From Cirrosporium novae-zelandiae (lineage: Eukaryota), in contig JAPETS010000002.1 of assembly GCA_026023565.1 (NCBI GenBank), forward strand, positions 372,001 through 436,000: a DNA stretch of 64,000 nt, read 5' to 3'. The notes beneath the pieces are model-generated. The model searched no databases and was not told the DNA's origin. It worked only from the letters and a program-made list of their open reading frames with translations. Both the position numbers and the translations under genes were made by a program. This document shows positions 1-13,205 of the stretch, in pieces; position 1 is the stretch's first letter, and each line of letters begins with the position of its first letter.

Positions 1-1690
1 CCACAACCTCCACCTGAATGGCAACCCTTTGGATATCCTCTAGCTCATTCAATATGTTTAGTCACGGCATACTCTGAAGGAGCCGAAGGAATTCGCACCA
101 CTCTGGATTCTATTGCCACTACAGATTATCCCAACAGCCATAAAACAATTCTTGTAATCTGCGATGGTATAATTAAAGGCAAGGGAGAGGACCTTAGTAC
201 GCCTGAAATTGCTCTCAGCATGATGAAAGAACATGCAGTCTTGCCCGACGAAGTTCAGGCTTTTTCATATGTCGCCGTCGCCAGTGGCTCGAAAAGACAT
301 AGTATGGCCAAGGTTTATTCTGGTTTTTACGACTACGGTACGCATTCGGTGATACCTCGCTCCAAGCAACAGCGTGTGCCCATGATGGTTGTGGTTAAAT
401 GTGGGACCCCTGATGAAGCAAAGAAGAGTAAACCTGGAAACCGAGGAAAGCGAGACAGCCAAATCATTCTAATGTCCTTCCTGCAAAAGGTCATGTTCGA
501 TGAGCGAATGACAGAGCTTGAATTTGAAATGTTCAATGGTCTTTGGAAAATTACTGGAATATCTCCGGATTTCTACGAAACTGTACTGATGGTGGATGCT
601 GATACCAAGGTCTTCCCTGATAGCCTGACGCACATGATCTCTGCGATGGTTAAAGACCCAGACATTATGGGACTTTGCGGGGAGACGAAGATTGCCAATA
701 AGAGAACGAGTTGGGTTACAATGATCCAAGTCTTCGAATACTTCATCTCCCACCACCAGTCGAAGTCTTTCGAATCAGTCTTCGGAGGTGTGACTTGCCT
801 CCCAGGCTGCTTCTGTATGTATCGAATCAAGGCACCCAAGGGAGGTCAAAACTACTGGGTCCCAATCTTGGCGAACCCTGACGTTGTTGAGCACTACTCG
901 GAGAATGTTGTTGATACGTTGCATAGGAAGAACCTTCTTCTTCTTGGTGAAGATCGTTACTTATCAACACTGATGTTGAAGACGTTTCCTAAAAGAAAGC
1001 AAGTATTCGTGCCCCAGGCTGTCTGCAAAACAACAGTACCGGACAAATTTTCTGTGCTACTCTCCCAGCGACGAAGATGGATCAACAGTACAGTTCATAA
1101 TCTCATGGAATTAGTTCTTGTCCGAGACCTTTGTGGAACATTTTGCTTTAGTATGCAGTTTGTGGTGTTTATTGAACTGGTTGGTACTTTAGTTTTACCT
1201 GCTGCCATCACTTTCACATTCTACGTCGTCATCAAGTCTATTATTGGTCCGGTTCAAACGATTCCTATAATCCTTCTCGCCCTAATCCTAGGATTACCCG
1301 CAGTTCTAATCGTTGTTACTGCTAAGCGGTGGTCCTACGTCGTATGGATGTTCATATATCTTCTCTCCCTTCCAGTCTGGAATTTTGTCCTCCCCTCATA
1401 TGCCTATTGGAAGTTTGACGACTTCAGCTGGGGAGATACTCGAAAGACAGCGGGAGAAAAGACAAAGAAAGCCGGAATAGAATACGAAGGGGAATTTGAC
1501 AGTACCAAGATCACCATGAAGAGATGGGCGGATTTCGAGAAAGGTAAATGATTTTCACGCCTTTTCCTCACCTTTAACTAACCTTTTGCTCTAGAACGCC
1601 GATTAAGAAACCCCGCATTTTCCCAACAGTCTACTTCAGCTAGTGGGTGGACTTCCCAACCTCAAGGCTCCGAACGCTATGAATATTAAG
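1..1690 (+). CDS. CHS3: Chitin synthase, class IV (Chs3/ChsD type), 5'-truncated by window edge; last intron 1544-1594
   Basis: GT2 chitin synthase motifs DADT, CLPGCF, GEDRYL, QRRRW and DDFSWG; open frame from base 1; GT..AG intron with CTAAC branch, terminal exon ending ERYEY* (TAA 1688-1690). Confidence 0.93.
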
Positions 1691-2429
1691 TCGCTATTAA
1701 TTAAATCGCATTTACATGGCGTGAATGGACTAAACATCAGGGTCACTGGACACTTGTTTAGACAGGGGGTATCTTCAGGGAAAATATGCCTTCTCGGCTT
1801 GTGTATAGTGTAGACATGTATAGCAATGAAAAGATTTTTATGTATATTGGTATAAAAATCCTTTGTTAAGCTGCATAGATAATTAATAAACCTTTTGATG
1901 TTCGAGGCCGGCGCTGTTCCAGATGCGATGACGGAAGATGATCCGTGTCATGGTCTTTGATAGCCGTCTTGGAGATTTTGCATAGTTTGTTTCCCCGCCA
2001 TCATTTCATACCCGTGCACGCCGTGATAGCAGGCGGCACCTGTTACCCTCTGAGAAGTCACTCCTACTCAACTCCCATACTTCACCTACAAATACTTGGC
2101 GCCTGTGCCTGTGCTACTTGCAGCGACGTGCCTGGATAATATCTTTACTTTATCATGTTTTATCTGCCGTTAATCCACGACAAATGACCACATTCATTTA
2201 CCACTGATCTAGAACTGTTTTCGCAATCATTCCGCCTTAATCTCTGCGGGGTTTAATCACCTTGCGGTCGTTAATACCACGTAACTAAGGCGCTGTCAAA
2301 GACTGTATTTGGCGTCAACTTGTCATGCAACGAGTGGATCAAATCCATGAACTAGAAACTCTGCAGCATCATCCATCGAATAGTTACTAGGTCGTTCCCT
2401 CCTCATCGACCGCCTTCAAGCAAGTCCTT

Positions 2430-4811
2430 ATGCCAGAAGATGATATACTTGATCAAGAAGCTGAAGGGGGAATTTCGCTCAGTCTGGTAAAATTACAGGG
2501 AAATCCATTAGCGCCAGCAATGCATGGTGTCGCTCTTCAGACCTCTCAAGATAATGACTATGGTCGCGATTTGGATGTCCTTTCTCACCGAGACGAAAGT
2601 GAAGAGGAATATGCTGCAGATGAAAGTAGCCTGCGGGACTCGGTTTCATACATAACAAGCTCATATTCACAATCGGAAACCGATTCAGAAATGTCCACAG
2701 ACTCTAGTCATGCGATAGTTGGAGATGTGCTCAGTACAGCATACGCATACACACATACCTTAGAGCACACTGGATATAATCCTTCGTCTTCATCGTCTTC
2801 ATCATCCTCCGAAGAAGAGTTAAATAGCGATGCTAGTAGTGAGCTTAGCTACGAAAATGGTGGTAATGGTATTGGCGGCATAGTTATTGAGAGCCAGCAA
2901 GCAATAGTCAATGCTCAAACCCTTGAAATAGGAACTATGCCTGAACACCCAAACTTGCCCCATTTATCACTTCCTCCAACTTCTGCTTCCGTATACCAGT
3001 ATACTACGTCGAATACTGCTCTCATGCACCCAGCCTCTTTGGAATACGAAGAATTTCCACATATAGCTGTTTTACCACTTGAACTTCAACTGCTTCCGGG
3101 CAATTCATCATCCTCTTCCTTATCCTCATCAGATCCAGAATTCGATCCACACGAACTCGAACAAGAGCAAACAATGAACGAACTACCATTTTCTACTCAG
3201 ATGTCAGGTGCTGAGGTCTCAACAAGCTCTGAATCTGTCACCTTGGATGTAGATTCTGATGATGATTTATCTTTAAGTGAAACAACAAACACCTCTTTGG
3301 AGCAAGAAATTTGGGAAGTCTCAGAATTGGAACTCAACGATCTTTTGGATGCAGAACTTCCCAGTTTTGATCCAGTGGCCCTGGGGAGTGTAACGGTCGC
3401 AGGGTTTTTATGGCAATGGAGAGCAAGGGCCAAGGAAATAAACTCTCGATATCCAAAAGTAAATCGTCTTGAATACAGACACTTTTTACAACCCAGAATA
3501 ATTACTCGGGAAGATTTGGGAAAGAGTCCTCCAATTGACATGCAAGGTATGGACTGGGCGATGATTGGTGTCCCGAGGAAACTTGCTCGTCAAGCCAGGC
3601 AGATGCTCTATCGCAATTATCAGAATATCGAGCCCACAGATGGGGATACACATAGGGGATATTATGGTCCCATCAAAGCACAAGAATCAGATACCAAATT
3701 TTACCAATTCCGGCGTATGGAGACAATTCTAAAAGCACGATATATGCATTTTCAACTTCGAAACGTCATGACCCCTGTTTCGAGGAACTGCGTCCTATTT
3801 TCCCGCGGATCCAAAATTGCTTGTGTTAATCCCTCGGTACCATTTACTGAGAATATGAAAGATTATTCTTACAATTTGGAAACGGCAGACCTGCTTAGAC
3901 AGGACAGTAAAGTTCTAGATCAACTTTGTGTACTTGATATATCGAACTCCCCTGATTGGACAGGGCCTCCGGACGCTCAAAGGATCACGACCATGCAGGC
4001 CGGTCATGGAATCCTTATTGCGGGAGGATTTACTGGACAATATGCTATGAAAAGCCTATACAGCAATCAAGATGAGCCTCAAATCGAAGGTTTACTCGAC
4101 AGTGACATTGACAACATCACTAACCACATTGAAATTACTTTGGACCGTCAAGGTGGTTCTCCAATTGCCACGTTTTCTTCCAATGACTCTTGCATCCGCA
4201 TTCTCGACTGCACAACCAGCGCTATTGTCGCAGAGCATAAATACAACTGGGCAATCAACTGCTCCGCAACAAGCCCTGATGGTCGGCTTCGCGTGTCCGT
4301 CGGCGATATGCGACAGCCCTTGATATGTCGCACTGATACTGGTACTATCGAGCACGAACTTCTCAAACACAATGACTACGGCTTTGCATGTGATTGGTCC
4401 CAGAACGGGTGGCATGTTGCAACTGGGAACCAAGATTCGACTGTTCAAATATGGGATGCGCGCAATTGGTCAGAACCTCTCAAAATTATCAAATCTGAAA
4501 TGGGAAGCGTTCGTTCTCTCCATTTCTCGCCCACGGGTGGTGGAGCGCCCATCCTCGCTGTGGTTGAAGCGGCAGATTTTGTTTCTTTCGTGGACACAAG
4601 AACATTTGAAAGCAAGCAGACGGTTGATTTCTTTGGAGAGGTTGGAGGTGCGGGGTTCACACCGGATGGGGATACCTTTTTCGTGGCGAACTCAGATGGG
4701 CTTGTGGGGGGGTTGATGGAATTTGAGAGGGCGAAAATAGGCGATGAGGATGACCCGAGACTTATACGCAGGAGAAAAACATACTTGGAACCTGAAGATA
4801 TGAACATCTGA
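2430..4811 (+). CDS. WD40-repeat protein with long acidic/Ser-rich N-terminus (DUF2415-type C-terminus)
   Basis: 793-aa ORF; HFQLRN motif, WD repeats (HNDYGFACDWS..ATGNQD..IWD), C-terminal Q.VDFFGE.GG.GF. Confidence 0.85.
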   Translation: MPEDDILDQEAEGGISLSLVKLQGNPLAPAMHGVALQTSQDNDYGRDLDVLSHRDESEEEYAADESSLRDSVSYITSSYSQSETDSEMSTDSSHAIVGDVLSTAYAYTHTLEHTGYNPSSSSSSSSSEEELNSDASSELSYENGGNGIGGIVIESQQAIVNAQTLEIGTMPEHPNLPHLSLPPTSASVYQYTTSNTALMHPASLEYEEFPHIAVLPLELQLLPGNSSSSSLSSSDPEFDPHELEQEQTMNELPFSTQMSGAEVSTSSESVTLDVDSDDDLSLSETTNTSLEQEIWEVSELELNDLLDAELPSFDPVALGSVTVAGFLWQWRARAKEINSRYPKVNRLEYRHFLQPRIITREDLGKSPPIDMQGMDWAMIGVPRKLARQARQMLYRNYQNIEPTDGDTHRGYYGPIKAQESDTKFYQFRRMETILKARYMHFQLRNVMTPVSRNCVLFSRGSKIACVNPSVPFTENMKDYSYNLETADLLRQDSKVLDQLCVLDISNSPDWTGPPDAQRITTMQAGHGILIAGGFTGQYAMKSLYSNQDEPQIEGLLDSDIDNITNHIEITLDRQGGSPIATFSSNDSCIRILDCTTSAIVAEHKYNWAINCSATSPDGRLRVSVGDMRQPLICRTDTGTIEHELLKHNDYGFACDWSQNGWHVATGNQDSTVQIWDARNWSEPLKIIKSEMGSVRSLHFSPTGGGAPILAVVEAADFVSFVDTRTFESKQTVDFFGEVGGAGFTPDGDTFFVANSDGLVGGLMEFERAKIGDEDDPRLIRRRKTYLEPEDMNI

Positions 4812-6218
4812 GATTGAAGGGACGATTTTAAGGAAGGGGCTTAAGTCAATCCTTTTTTATGTTCCTCGAAATTTTTACTGGGGTATTATCATGTTCTTGG
4901 ATCTTGCAACTTCTATTCCATGTTTGCATTCTGGATTGACTTTGTCCATCCGAGCCTTGATCAAGAAGTTGGATTTTGAATCCGATCCTCCTACATCGAT
5001 ACCTATTTGGATGAGTATGATTTAAATTCTTTCCCAAGAATGAATTCACTCGCTCACTCATCCACTCCCTTTCACCTTTCCAAAACCTAGGGATTATTCC
5101 CAAAACGGCCCCCCCCACCTCTTTCTCACCATGCCACAGACACCACCACCAGCACCTAACGGTATCTCTCCCCATCCATGAAACACAAACCCACACTACA
5201 CCACACAATCACACAATCACACAATCACACAATCACAACACCCTCTTATTTCATTAAACCACCATACTTTACAATTTTACCACAAGACTACAACACAACA
5301 ATAACACAACATGGCACAAACACAGCATAACACCAACGAAAAAAACACAAATAAAAAACACGTGGTATATAGCATATATATGTACCATATACCATGTGAC
5401 ATAAAAACACGCACACACAACGCGAAAATGAGTTTTGATACCCATAGCTTGATTTTAATTTGATAATCAATTACTACTTTTTTTTATTTGTGAAAATATT
5501 TTACCTTTGGATGGAGGGGGTTTTCATTAACAATTTTTGCCATGCATTCATGTATGCCAAATAGCTTCAAGTATGTATGTATGTGTGAGAGAGGGATGGA
5601 TGGATATTGGGATAACGAGGGTAACAAATGGGGAAATGAAATGAATGCGTAACGAAAAGGGGGGGGAGGTTTTTTGAGGGTTTAAGGATCTTACCCACTA
5701 TACCATTCTGCTTATTTGGTTTACTTATTTTATTTTACGTTTATGATGATGATAATGATAGCGATGATGTGTGTGTGTATACATTTACTGCCTGGCGCCG
5801 TTTATATATATACGTGTCTATGTGTGCGTGTGTTTAGGTGTGTGCATGTGTTTTTTCTATCGGTGCCAGCCAAATTGGTTAAACATATTTCTAGCTGCGG
5901 TATCGCTATCAGTGTCGTGTAGTTAACTAGTCTCCCGTGAAATGAGGCGAAAGGGGGGTTTATTTGTTCCTGATTATATATCAAATGTGAATATGGATAT
6001 GAGATATGGGACTTTGGGTTTATATTTAAAAATAAAAAATACAAAAAAGGTTAATGTAATATGGTTTTGTTTTAAAAACTTGTAACCTTCTATTTAAATG
6101 TATGTATGATTGGTTCGTTCAATGGAAGAAAAGAAAGGAGAAAATCTGGATATAAACAAAAAAATATTCTAGATATTCTTCTCCACTTCGAGGAGGTTCC
6201 GTGGTTATGTATCGGGAT

Positions 6219-6253
<35 letters not shown>
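6219..6253. repeat. Poly-G tract (35 nt)
   Basis: Uninterrupted G run just downstream of the PPE1 stop. Confidence 0.9.
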
Positions 6254-6325
6254 CTGGTAATGGTAATAGTAATGGTTTAATATCTTCTCACCGCACCCCC
6301 AGGGGGGACTCGGGAATCTCAAGCG

Positions 6326-8174
6326 TTAAGTTTCCCTCTCTTCCTTCTTTTTCTGAACCAGGTCCCCTACCTTCGGCGGTAGCACTAACGTGGAGTGATC
6401 GTTCCTCCGAAAAAATTCCACCAGCGCCTCTGCGGTTCTGGTGGGCAGGTCCTCCTGCACAAAGTGCCCGGCATCCGGGAACAGAATCAGTTGGTATTTG
6501 CCTTGCATTTGACCAATTGTTAGTTCCTTGTCCAAGCGGTCGGTGCCAGCGAGGATTAGGAGCTTGGCGCCTTTGGCGGAGAGGAATTTTTTGGAGAGGT
6601 TAGTGAACCAGGACTCCCAGAAGGGTTCTGTGAGAGCGAGGGGGGTGCGCCAGGTGTATTTTTGTTGTGATTGTGGCTGTGGGTGAGGAGGAAGGGGGAG
6701 GTTTGTTGCGGTTGTTGTTGGTGGCGTTGGGTCGTTGAGAAGAGACGGGACGGATATTCGGGCGGATGTTGGGTCGCGGATTGTTCGAGAACGTAAGCTA
6801 TTTAATTAAGTTAAGATGGACAGGTAAATGAGGGGGGAAGAAAGACGTACTGCCATTCAATAGCTCGTTCAATAGAAGGAAAGCTGTTAGGTCGTGTGGA
6901 AAGATATTTACTCATATGCTGTAAGGCATCTATTGCCGACCCTTCAACCACATCCAAGACCGCAAAGCCCAAAACGGATGAGCCGAGAGTCCCTCTAAAA
7001 GCGAGATTTGTAACGATTGCTCCTCCTAAACTATGCCCGACAAATATGATTAGGGGAAGTTTTGTCCACTTCATTTGAGCTTGCGTAAGTTGGATCACAT
7101 TGAACAAGTCGTCTGTCATGGTTTCAAGGGAAAAGTCTAGACCAGGAACCTGCTTTTTTGTGGGGTCCGATTCTTCGTTTGATCCAGGGTTCTGTAAATG
7201 AGTAACCGTTGTCGAGCCATGGCCCCTAGCATCCAAAGACAGTACACCGGCATTTGGTAGGGCGTGCCGTACTTCAGAAGCAAAAACTGCAAATGAGAGG
7301 CCTGAAGAGCCGGCACCATGGTGACAAACAAAGAGAGGACCAGAGGATGACGGGGAGGTTAGATACGCATGATATGTCGTCTTCGTCGCTGATGTATTAT
7401 GGTTTAAGAAGAGCTCTTGATCAAAGAATTCATTCCAAAATAACGGCGAGTTGGATTTCTTTGATGACCTAGACCACGTTAGATGTCTTAAATTCCAAGA
7501 TGTTTGAACAAGAGTAAGCCGCTCAAAAGAAAACGTGTCAATAGCGTAGTACCATCCACTTCACTCGGGTTCAACGATATCACGATTTGAGGCTGACTTA
7601 AACTACCACTAAGAGTGGTAGCCATGGTAGGGAAATATTTCTCTTGTAGACAGCGATTCATGGCGTCAAGGATAGTTCAGAAGAAGACTTAAGCATATAA
7701 AAGTCGGATAACCCCTTGAAACTTCTGTTCAGAGGTCTCATAGCGTATCCAGCATAACAAGGAACCACAACCTCCAGAGTCGGTGGTCTGGAAATCACTA
7801 ACATTTACTTAATTTGGCAGCGCAAACCATAGAAGGCATTGTGATTCCTCGGTACGTGAACTCAGTCAAGTAAAATGAGATGGTTTAAAAATGGTCTAGA
7901 AGGCACAAACAATGACAGGCAATCAACTCAAGCATTTGTGAAAAAGAGGAGTAAATTCCTTTACCTACCCTCTTGGTTTTGCAAACAAATGCTTGGTTGG
8001 AGATGGCCGGATTGTACCAGTTGATGATGCTGAGGATGCTGAGGAAGAATCATCGTCATGATGAAGATCTCTGACAACATCTTGCTCCTCTTCCTCCTCC
8101 TCGAATAACATCGGCGGTTCAGCAGGGAGAGAGGCCAGCTTTGCCTTGACAAAAGATTTTTGCAAGTCACTCAT
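6326..8174 (-). CDS. PPE1: Protein phosphatase methylesterase 1; introns 7469-7968 and about 6798-6850
   Basis: MSDLQKSF.KAKLA N-terminus, HHGAGSSGLSF, GHSLGG nucleophile elbow, VLDVVEGSA, QMQGKYQL..AGHFVQED. Confidence 0.92.
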
Positions 8175-8690
8175 ATTGTTGTCCTCTTTTGGGAAGTTCG
8201 GAAAGTGGGAAGAAATCGTCGACATAGAGTTATGTTAAGCTCTCCTGCCAGTACGTCCCGAGCCTTTATCAAATGTGTCGGATAAAAAGATGTCCAAAAA
8301 ACTATACTGTAGGAGAAGATAGCTAATTGATGAAGTAGGGTTGAAGTTTGAATTGAATTTAGATGTGTGGCGGTGCGATGACGATCCTCGCCTGGGGATT
8401 CCTTTACATCTTTTTTAGGCTTTGGCTCGATCCAATGATGTAATGCACCAATTGCCTTCCATCAATTGCGCCAACCCCTCCCCCGTCGTCTTCAAGTAAA
8501 GTCATGCCATCAGAGGCTTCTTTTTCCTTGCTCTTCTTACTTTTTATTTCCTTAATATCACTCTCTTCCACTCTATATATCATTGCAAATCCCTCGGTCC
8601 CCAGAAAACAATGAATCCTTGCTCCTGATAGCAAACCATCAATATCTATATATTTCTCTTCCCTACAAAGCCATCCTTTGATTAGACAAC

Positions 8691-10344
8691 ATGGTTTCAC
8701 TATGGCACTCGAGCAAAAATGAGCAAGACCCATCTGAAAATCTAGATGGCCAGTCCTCGGCAAGCAGAGGTTCGCACAATGGCGGACAAAGACATAGCGA
8801 GGATGCTACAGAGCGAACTCGGTTGTTACCCCCTCGAGAGAGGCCAGTTGATGGCTATCTCGATCCAGATGATCCAGCGGTAAGTCGATAGCTTTCGACA
8901 TGAAACACTCATTCCTCAAGCTAACATAGATTCTCAGGTCTCACCCTATAATCTCTGGAGCGTACGAGCTCTTCGTTACTTCACCGTCCTCTTCGTCGCC
9001 ATAACCTTCATCTGGTGGGTTCTTCTCCTGGTTTCTATCTTCGTCTCGCCTCCTGGCATGTCTACCCGAGGCTCGGGATTCTTCGACTTTTCTTACACTA
9101 CCTTGACCCTCGGCTATCTACTCATTGCTCTCCTCTTTTTCTCCGTTCCTTCGAAAGCTATGGAAGTCTGCTCCCTCCTCCTTGCTCTCCTACTTCTTAT
9201 CTGCACAATCATAGTCCTCGCTGTGCCACGACTCCGCGAAGAAGAAGGTTGGGTGGGTACTGCGGCAGTTGCGTGGGCTACTCTAATGGCCGCCTACCAC
9301 GTCCTACAGGACCGAGCAGTCGCATGGGGAAAGAGAGAGGAAGAACAACGACTCACCGGCCGAGAGGAAACGCGTCGAACTCTGCGTGAGTGGTGCGCAG
9401 TTCTCACATACACAGTTATCATGGTCATTCTGATAATTGTTGCTATCCTTCTAACTGGAACACTCTGCATACGGGCTCGCGACGCAACTCTCGAAGCTCC
9501 AGGGAAACGTTATTACGTTGATGGTGGGAAGTATTCAGTGCACCTTCATTGCATTGGCCCTACCAATTCTAGCGTAACCATCCTCCTTGAAGGCGGCGAA
9601 AACCCAGTTGAAGACACATTTGAACTATGGGCTTATGAAGCCTACCTCAATGGCTCTATCCCCCGCTACTGCTACAGTGATCGTCCTGGCCTTGGTTGGT
9701 CCGATAATGCGCCATCGCCTCTCTCCGCAGGTATGGCCTCAGACGCACTCTCTGAAGCTCTCGCCCTAGCCACGGAAAACGGACCTTTTATTATCGTCTC
9801 CGCTGGTGTAGGCGGAATATACTCTCGAATCTTTGCCTCTCGCCATGGTCCTGACGTCAAAGGCATCCTGCTCGTTGATGCCTTACACGAAGACTACCTC
9901 CCACGTTTCGGTAATCCCAAAAAAGGCTTCCTTCTATGGTTTACAGGTATCATCTCTCCCCTAGGCCTCTCCCGTCTCCCAGCCGCCATCTTCAAGGGCC
10001 GAACTAGAGAAGATCGCGTGTATGGTCAATCTGCCTACCAAGGAGGCAAATTCATCAAAGCTAAGCTCCAAGAAAACCTCGTCGCCGACTCTCTCACTCA
10101 TAACGAACTCAACGCAGCAAGAAACATCCAAAACAGAAAAACAAACTTGATTATAGTGAGCTCTGGAGTGGAGGTCAGGAAAAGCAAACAATGGGGAAAG
10201 AAGCAGGAAGACCTCACAACAATAACAGATAGGTTAATTAAGTGGGATGTTGTGAAAGGGGCCAAGCACGAGGTATGGAAAAGCGATGAAGGCGCAAGAG
10301 TACTCTCGAAAAGAGTAAAGCAGTTGGTTAAGGCTGCAGAATAA
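8691..10344 (+). CDS. Integral membrane protein with C-terminal alpha/beta-hydrolase-like domain; intron 8880-8937
   Basis: ERTRLL and YLDPDDPAVSPYNL across the intron, several hydrophobic helices, then YSDRPGLGWSD / VSAGVGG hydrolase-like motifs. Confidence 0.8.
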
Positions 10345-11318
10345 ATGACCAACAAAAGGGCGCGCACGCGCGCATGTATGCTTGATGCAAACAAAGATTG
10401 TATGATTTGGAACAAATCAGAGGCGCGGGATACTTAATCGCACATTGTCTGTCCTGTCCATTACGGGAAAAAAACTAATTTGTTTCATGATTGGGATGGG
10501 ACACACGACTTATGTTATGTACTTTGCTCTAATTATTTGTATGTTTCAGCGGATTCGATTTTTCTTTTCGGGGTTTACTTGACAATTGTTTCATTAATTC
10601 CTCTTCTTCCTCTTTTTCTTCCTCGCATCAGCAAACATGAGATATGATATATGAACATATGATATAGGTTCTGATAGCCATGAGGGTGGGGGAGGGGCTT
10701 CAAGTACATAGCTACGTAAAATATAATGATAGCATATGAAGCAAAGAAATATTCCCCCGGTCCACCATAAAACCACGGGACAGGAGATCGACAGCAATGT
10801 AGAGTATATATATATATTAACAAGAAACCAACAACATTAACTAAGTACACTTGGAATATATATATTTACCACAAACAAGAAAAGAAAGAAAGTAAGACAA
10901 GAGGGACCTAACTCGATATAAAAAATAAAAAAAAGTAAAAAAATAAATCTTTTATCATATCATAGCATAATGCAAAAGTGTATAACATTGTTAAGCCCCG
11001 CGGGAATAAACTTGTAGATAACCCATTCTTCCTCTTCTCCTTCTTCTCCTCCCTCAACTCTTTAAAATATAAATATGTCCCTATAGCTCCATATATCCAT
11101 AAACTCATGGCCATTTTTCTGATCCCCCAGCAATGCACAAAAAATCCCGGCAAGTCAATAATTTGGTTGGTTTGGTTGGTTGGTGTTATCTCCCAGAAAG
11201 AACTAGACAAGAAACGCCCGAATAGATATATCTACCGTTTTACCACTACCACCACCACCTCTTCCTCACACCATGCTCCTAACTGACTCCCTGTACAATA
11301 CAGCACACTTGCTGCAAA

Positions 11319-12607
11319 TCACGTCCCTATCGTTCCTGCGCCCGTACCCCTACCCGCACCAGCTCTAGGCCACCCCCCCCTCCCAATAGGCAAACCATAA
11401 GTGCCGGTGCTCCCCAACCCAACCCTCTCCAGGGTGGGAACCTCAACGCCGATTTCACTCCTCCACATACTACTTGTTCTTATTAGCGTGAGCAGGGGAA
11501 CTGTGCACAGGACATAGTTTCCGGAGGTGAAAGGGTCAAGCGGATGTTGGTTTGCGGTTATAGAGGTGGAGGATGTGGAGAGGGCGGGGGAGGGGGAACG
11601 GGCGAGCAGGGGTCTGCTGGGGTCATCGTTGGTGTTGGTGTTAGAGATGGGTGGGTGAGGGATACCGCGTTCGAGGTCGTTTATCGGGTTGTGGTTGTGG
11701 TTGTGGTGGGAGGAGGATTGGGAGCGCAGAGCGCGGAGGAGGGAGGGGATGGGGCTCAGTGGTTGTTGAGATTGGAGTTGGTCTGAGGGGAGGGGTGTGG
11801 ATGCTGTTGGTGGCTGTTGGGTTGATGTCGCGGTTGTTGTTGTTGTTGTTGTTGGATTTGAGGGGTTGGTGGTTGTGGCATTGCTGTTATTGGTATTGGT
11901 ATTGCGAGCAGCTCTTCCAAGGGAAGTGATTTTCATCCGAACTCTCCTCCAGTCGACATACACCCCCAGCATCACTAGCTGCAGCGACGCTACTATTATA
12001 TCAAAAAGTATTAACCGTCCTTTACTAATCGGCCCTTTTTCGCCTATGAAATCAATGAATAATCCTCCATGGATATAACCCCGGGATGCGAGACCGGCCG
12101 ACGGAGCATCGAGAAGGAGGTGTTGTACGATAGGTAAGATGTTGGCGAGCACGAGAGCCCGGATGTAGCGCCGGTCTTTGGGCGGGTCTGGAAATATGGC
12201 AGGTTTGGGGGTAAGATAAAAGAGCTGGAAAACGGCGCGGACAATGAAGAGGATGAAGGATGTACTGTTAAGAAGCCGTTGTCAGTTAAGGGTTCCCGCA
12301 AACCATAATGAAAGCAAAATGAAATTTCCTAAAAGGGACAATAAGGGGAGCCTTACTCCATATAAAACAGTACACTCAAATGCGCATAGATCAAAATATC
12401 CAGGTCCCTCAGCAGTCCATCTAACAATTCTGCCTTCTTCCTTGCCTGTGTTCTTGCTTTCCTCCGTTTTCGATCCCGCTGTTCGCTCTCCGTGTAAGTA
12501 TGTCCATCGTCGCCAGCTTCTTCGTCCTCCCAGGGTACGCTGATATCGGCGATATGGTCGCGCTCGCGGAAGTCGTTGGCGGGGGGGATTGATGGGTCAT
12601 TGTTCAT
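11319..12607 (-). CDS. DSC4: DSC E3 ubiquitin ligase complex subunit 4 (DUF1746); intron 12265-12356
   Basis: LLRDLDILIYA..FYMD, TPKP, RGYIHGGLFIDFIGEKGP..LFD..LQLVM motifs. Confidence 0.82.
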
Positions 12608-13205
12608 GTCTTGGTTGGATTCATGGATACCCAAACGAAGGACTAAAAGAGTGAGCGAGGTAAAGTTCAAGATTCAATGAGATATATAGGAAGTTTTACA
12701 TTGAAGGAAGTTCTTTTTTGGTGGACCTTAATATTGTTCTGACGTTCAGAGCTTACCATTTCTTGGATTGTGAAGCGGCGTTGCTTTCGGTCCGGAGTTG
12801 ACCATCTCCGAGTCATGGCAATAAATGATGCCACGAGCCCTATCATAGATTTGCTTACAATTACCTCATATAACCACAGAGGACGATAAAATTGCAATTA
12901 CACTTTATACACTCCGCTTAACATTCCTACATTAGATATGCCATCTCTATGTCGAATTAAGCAAGCATTTGGAGCATCCTCAATTGGTCTATCTTTGAGC
13001 CGAACTATTTCCATTCCACCATCCATCCATCCATCCCTTGCCATCCTTCATGCCCTTCGCATCATCCGTGCCAAGTAATTCCATTTTAAACTCCTTGATC
13101 AATGCAAGTCAGTCCTATGATTATGCAACTATCCCATGTGGCAACGCCGGTGCGACGAGGGCGGTCGGTCACCCAATAATTAGGTCAGATGCTAAATAGG
13201 TATGG

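Noticed and set aside
6106..6603. 165-aa ORF with poly-Gly
   Set aside because: Antisense to the PPE1 3' end; the Gly run comes from the poly-G tract
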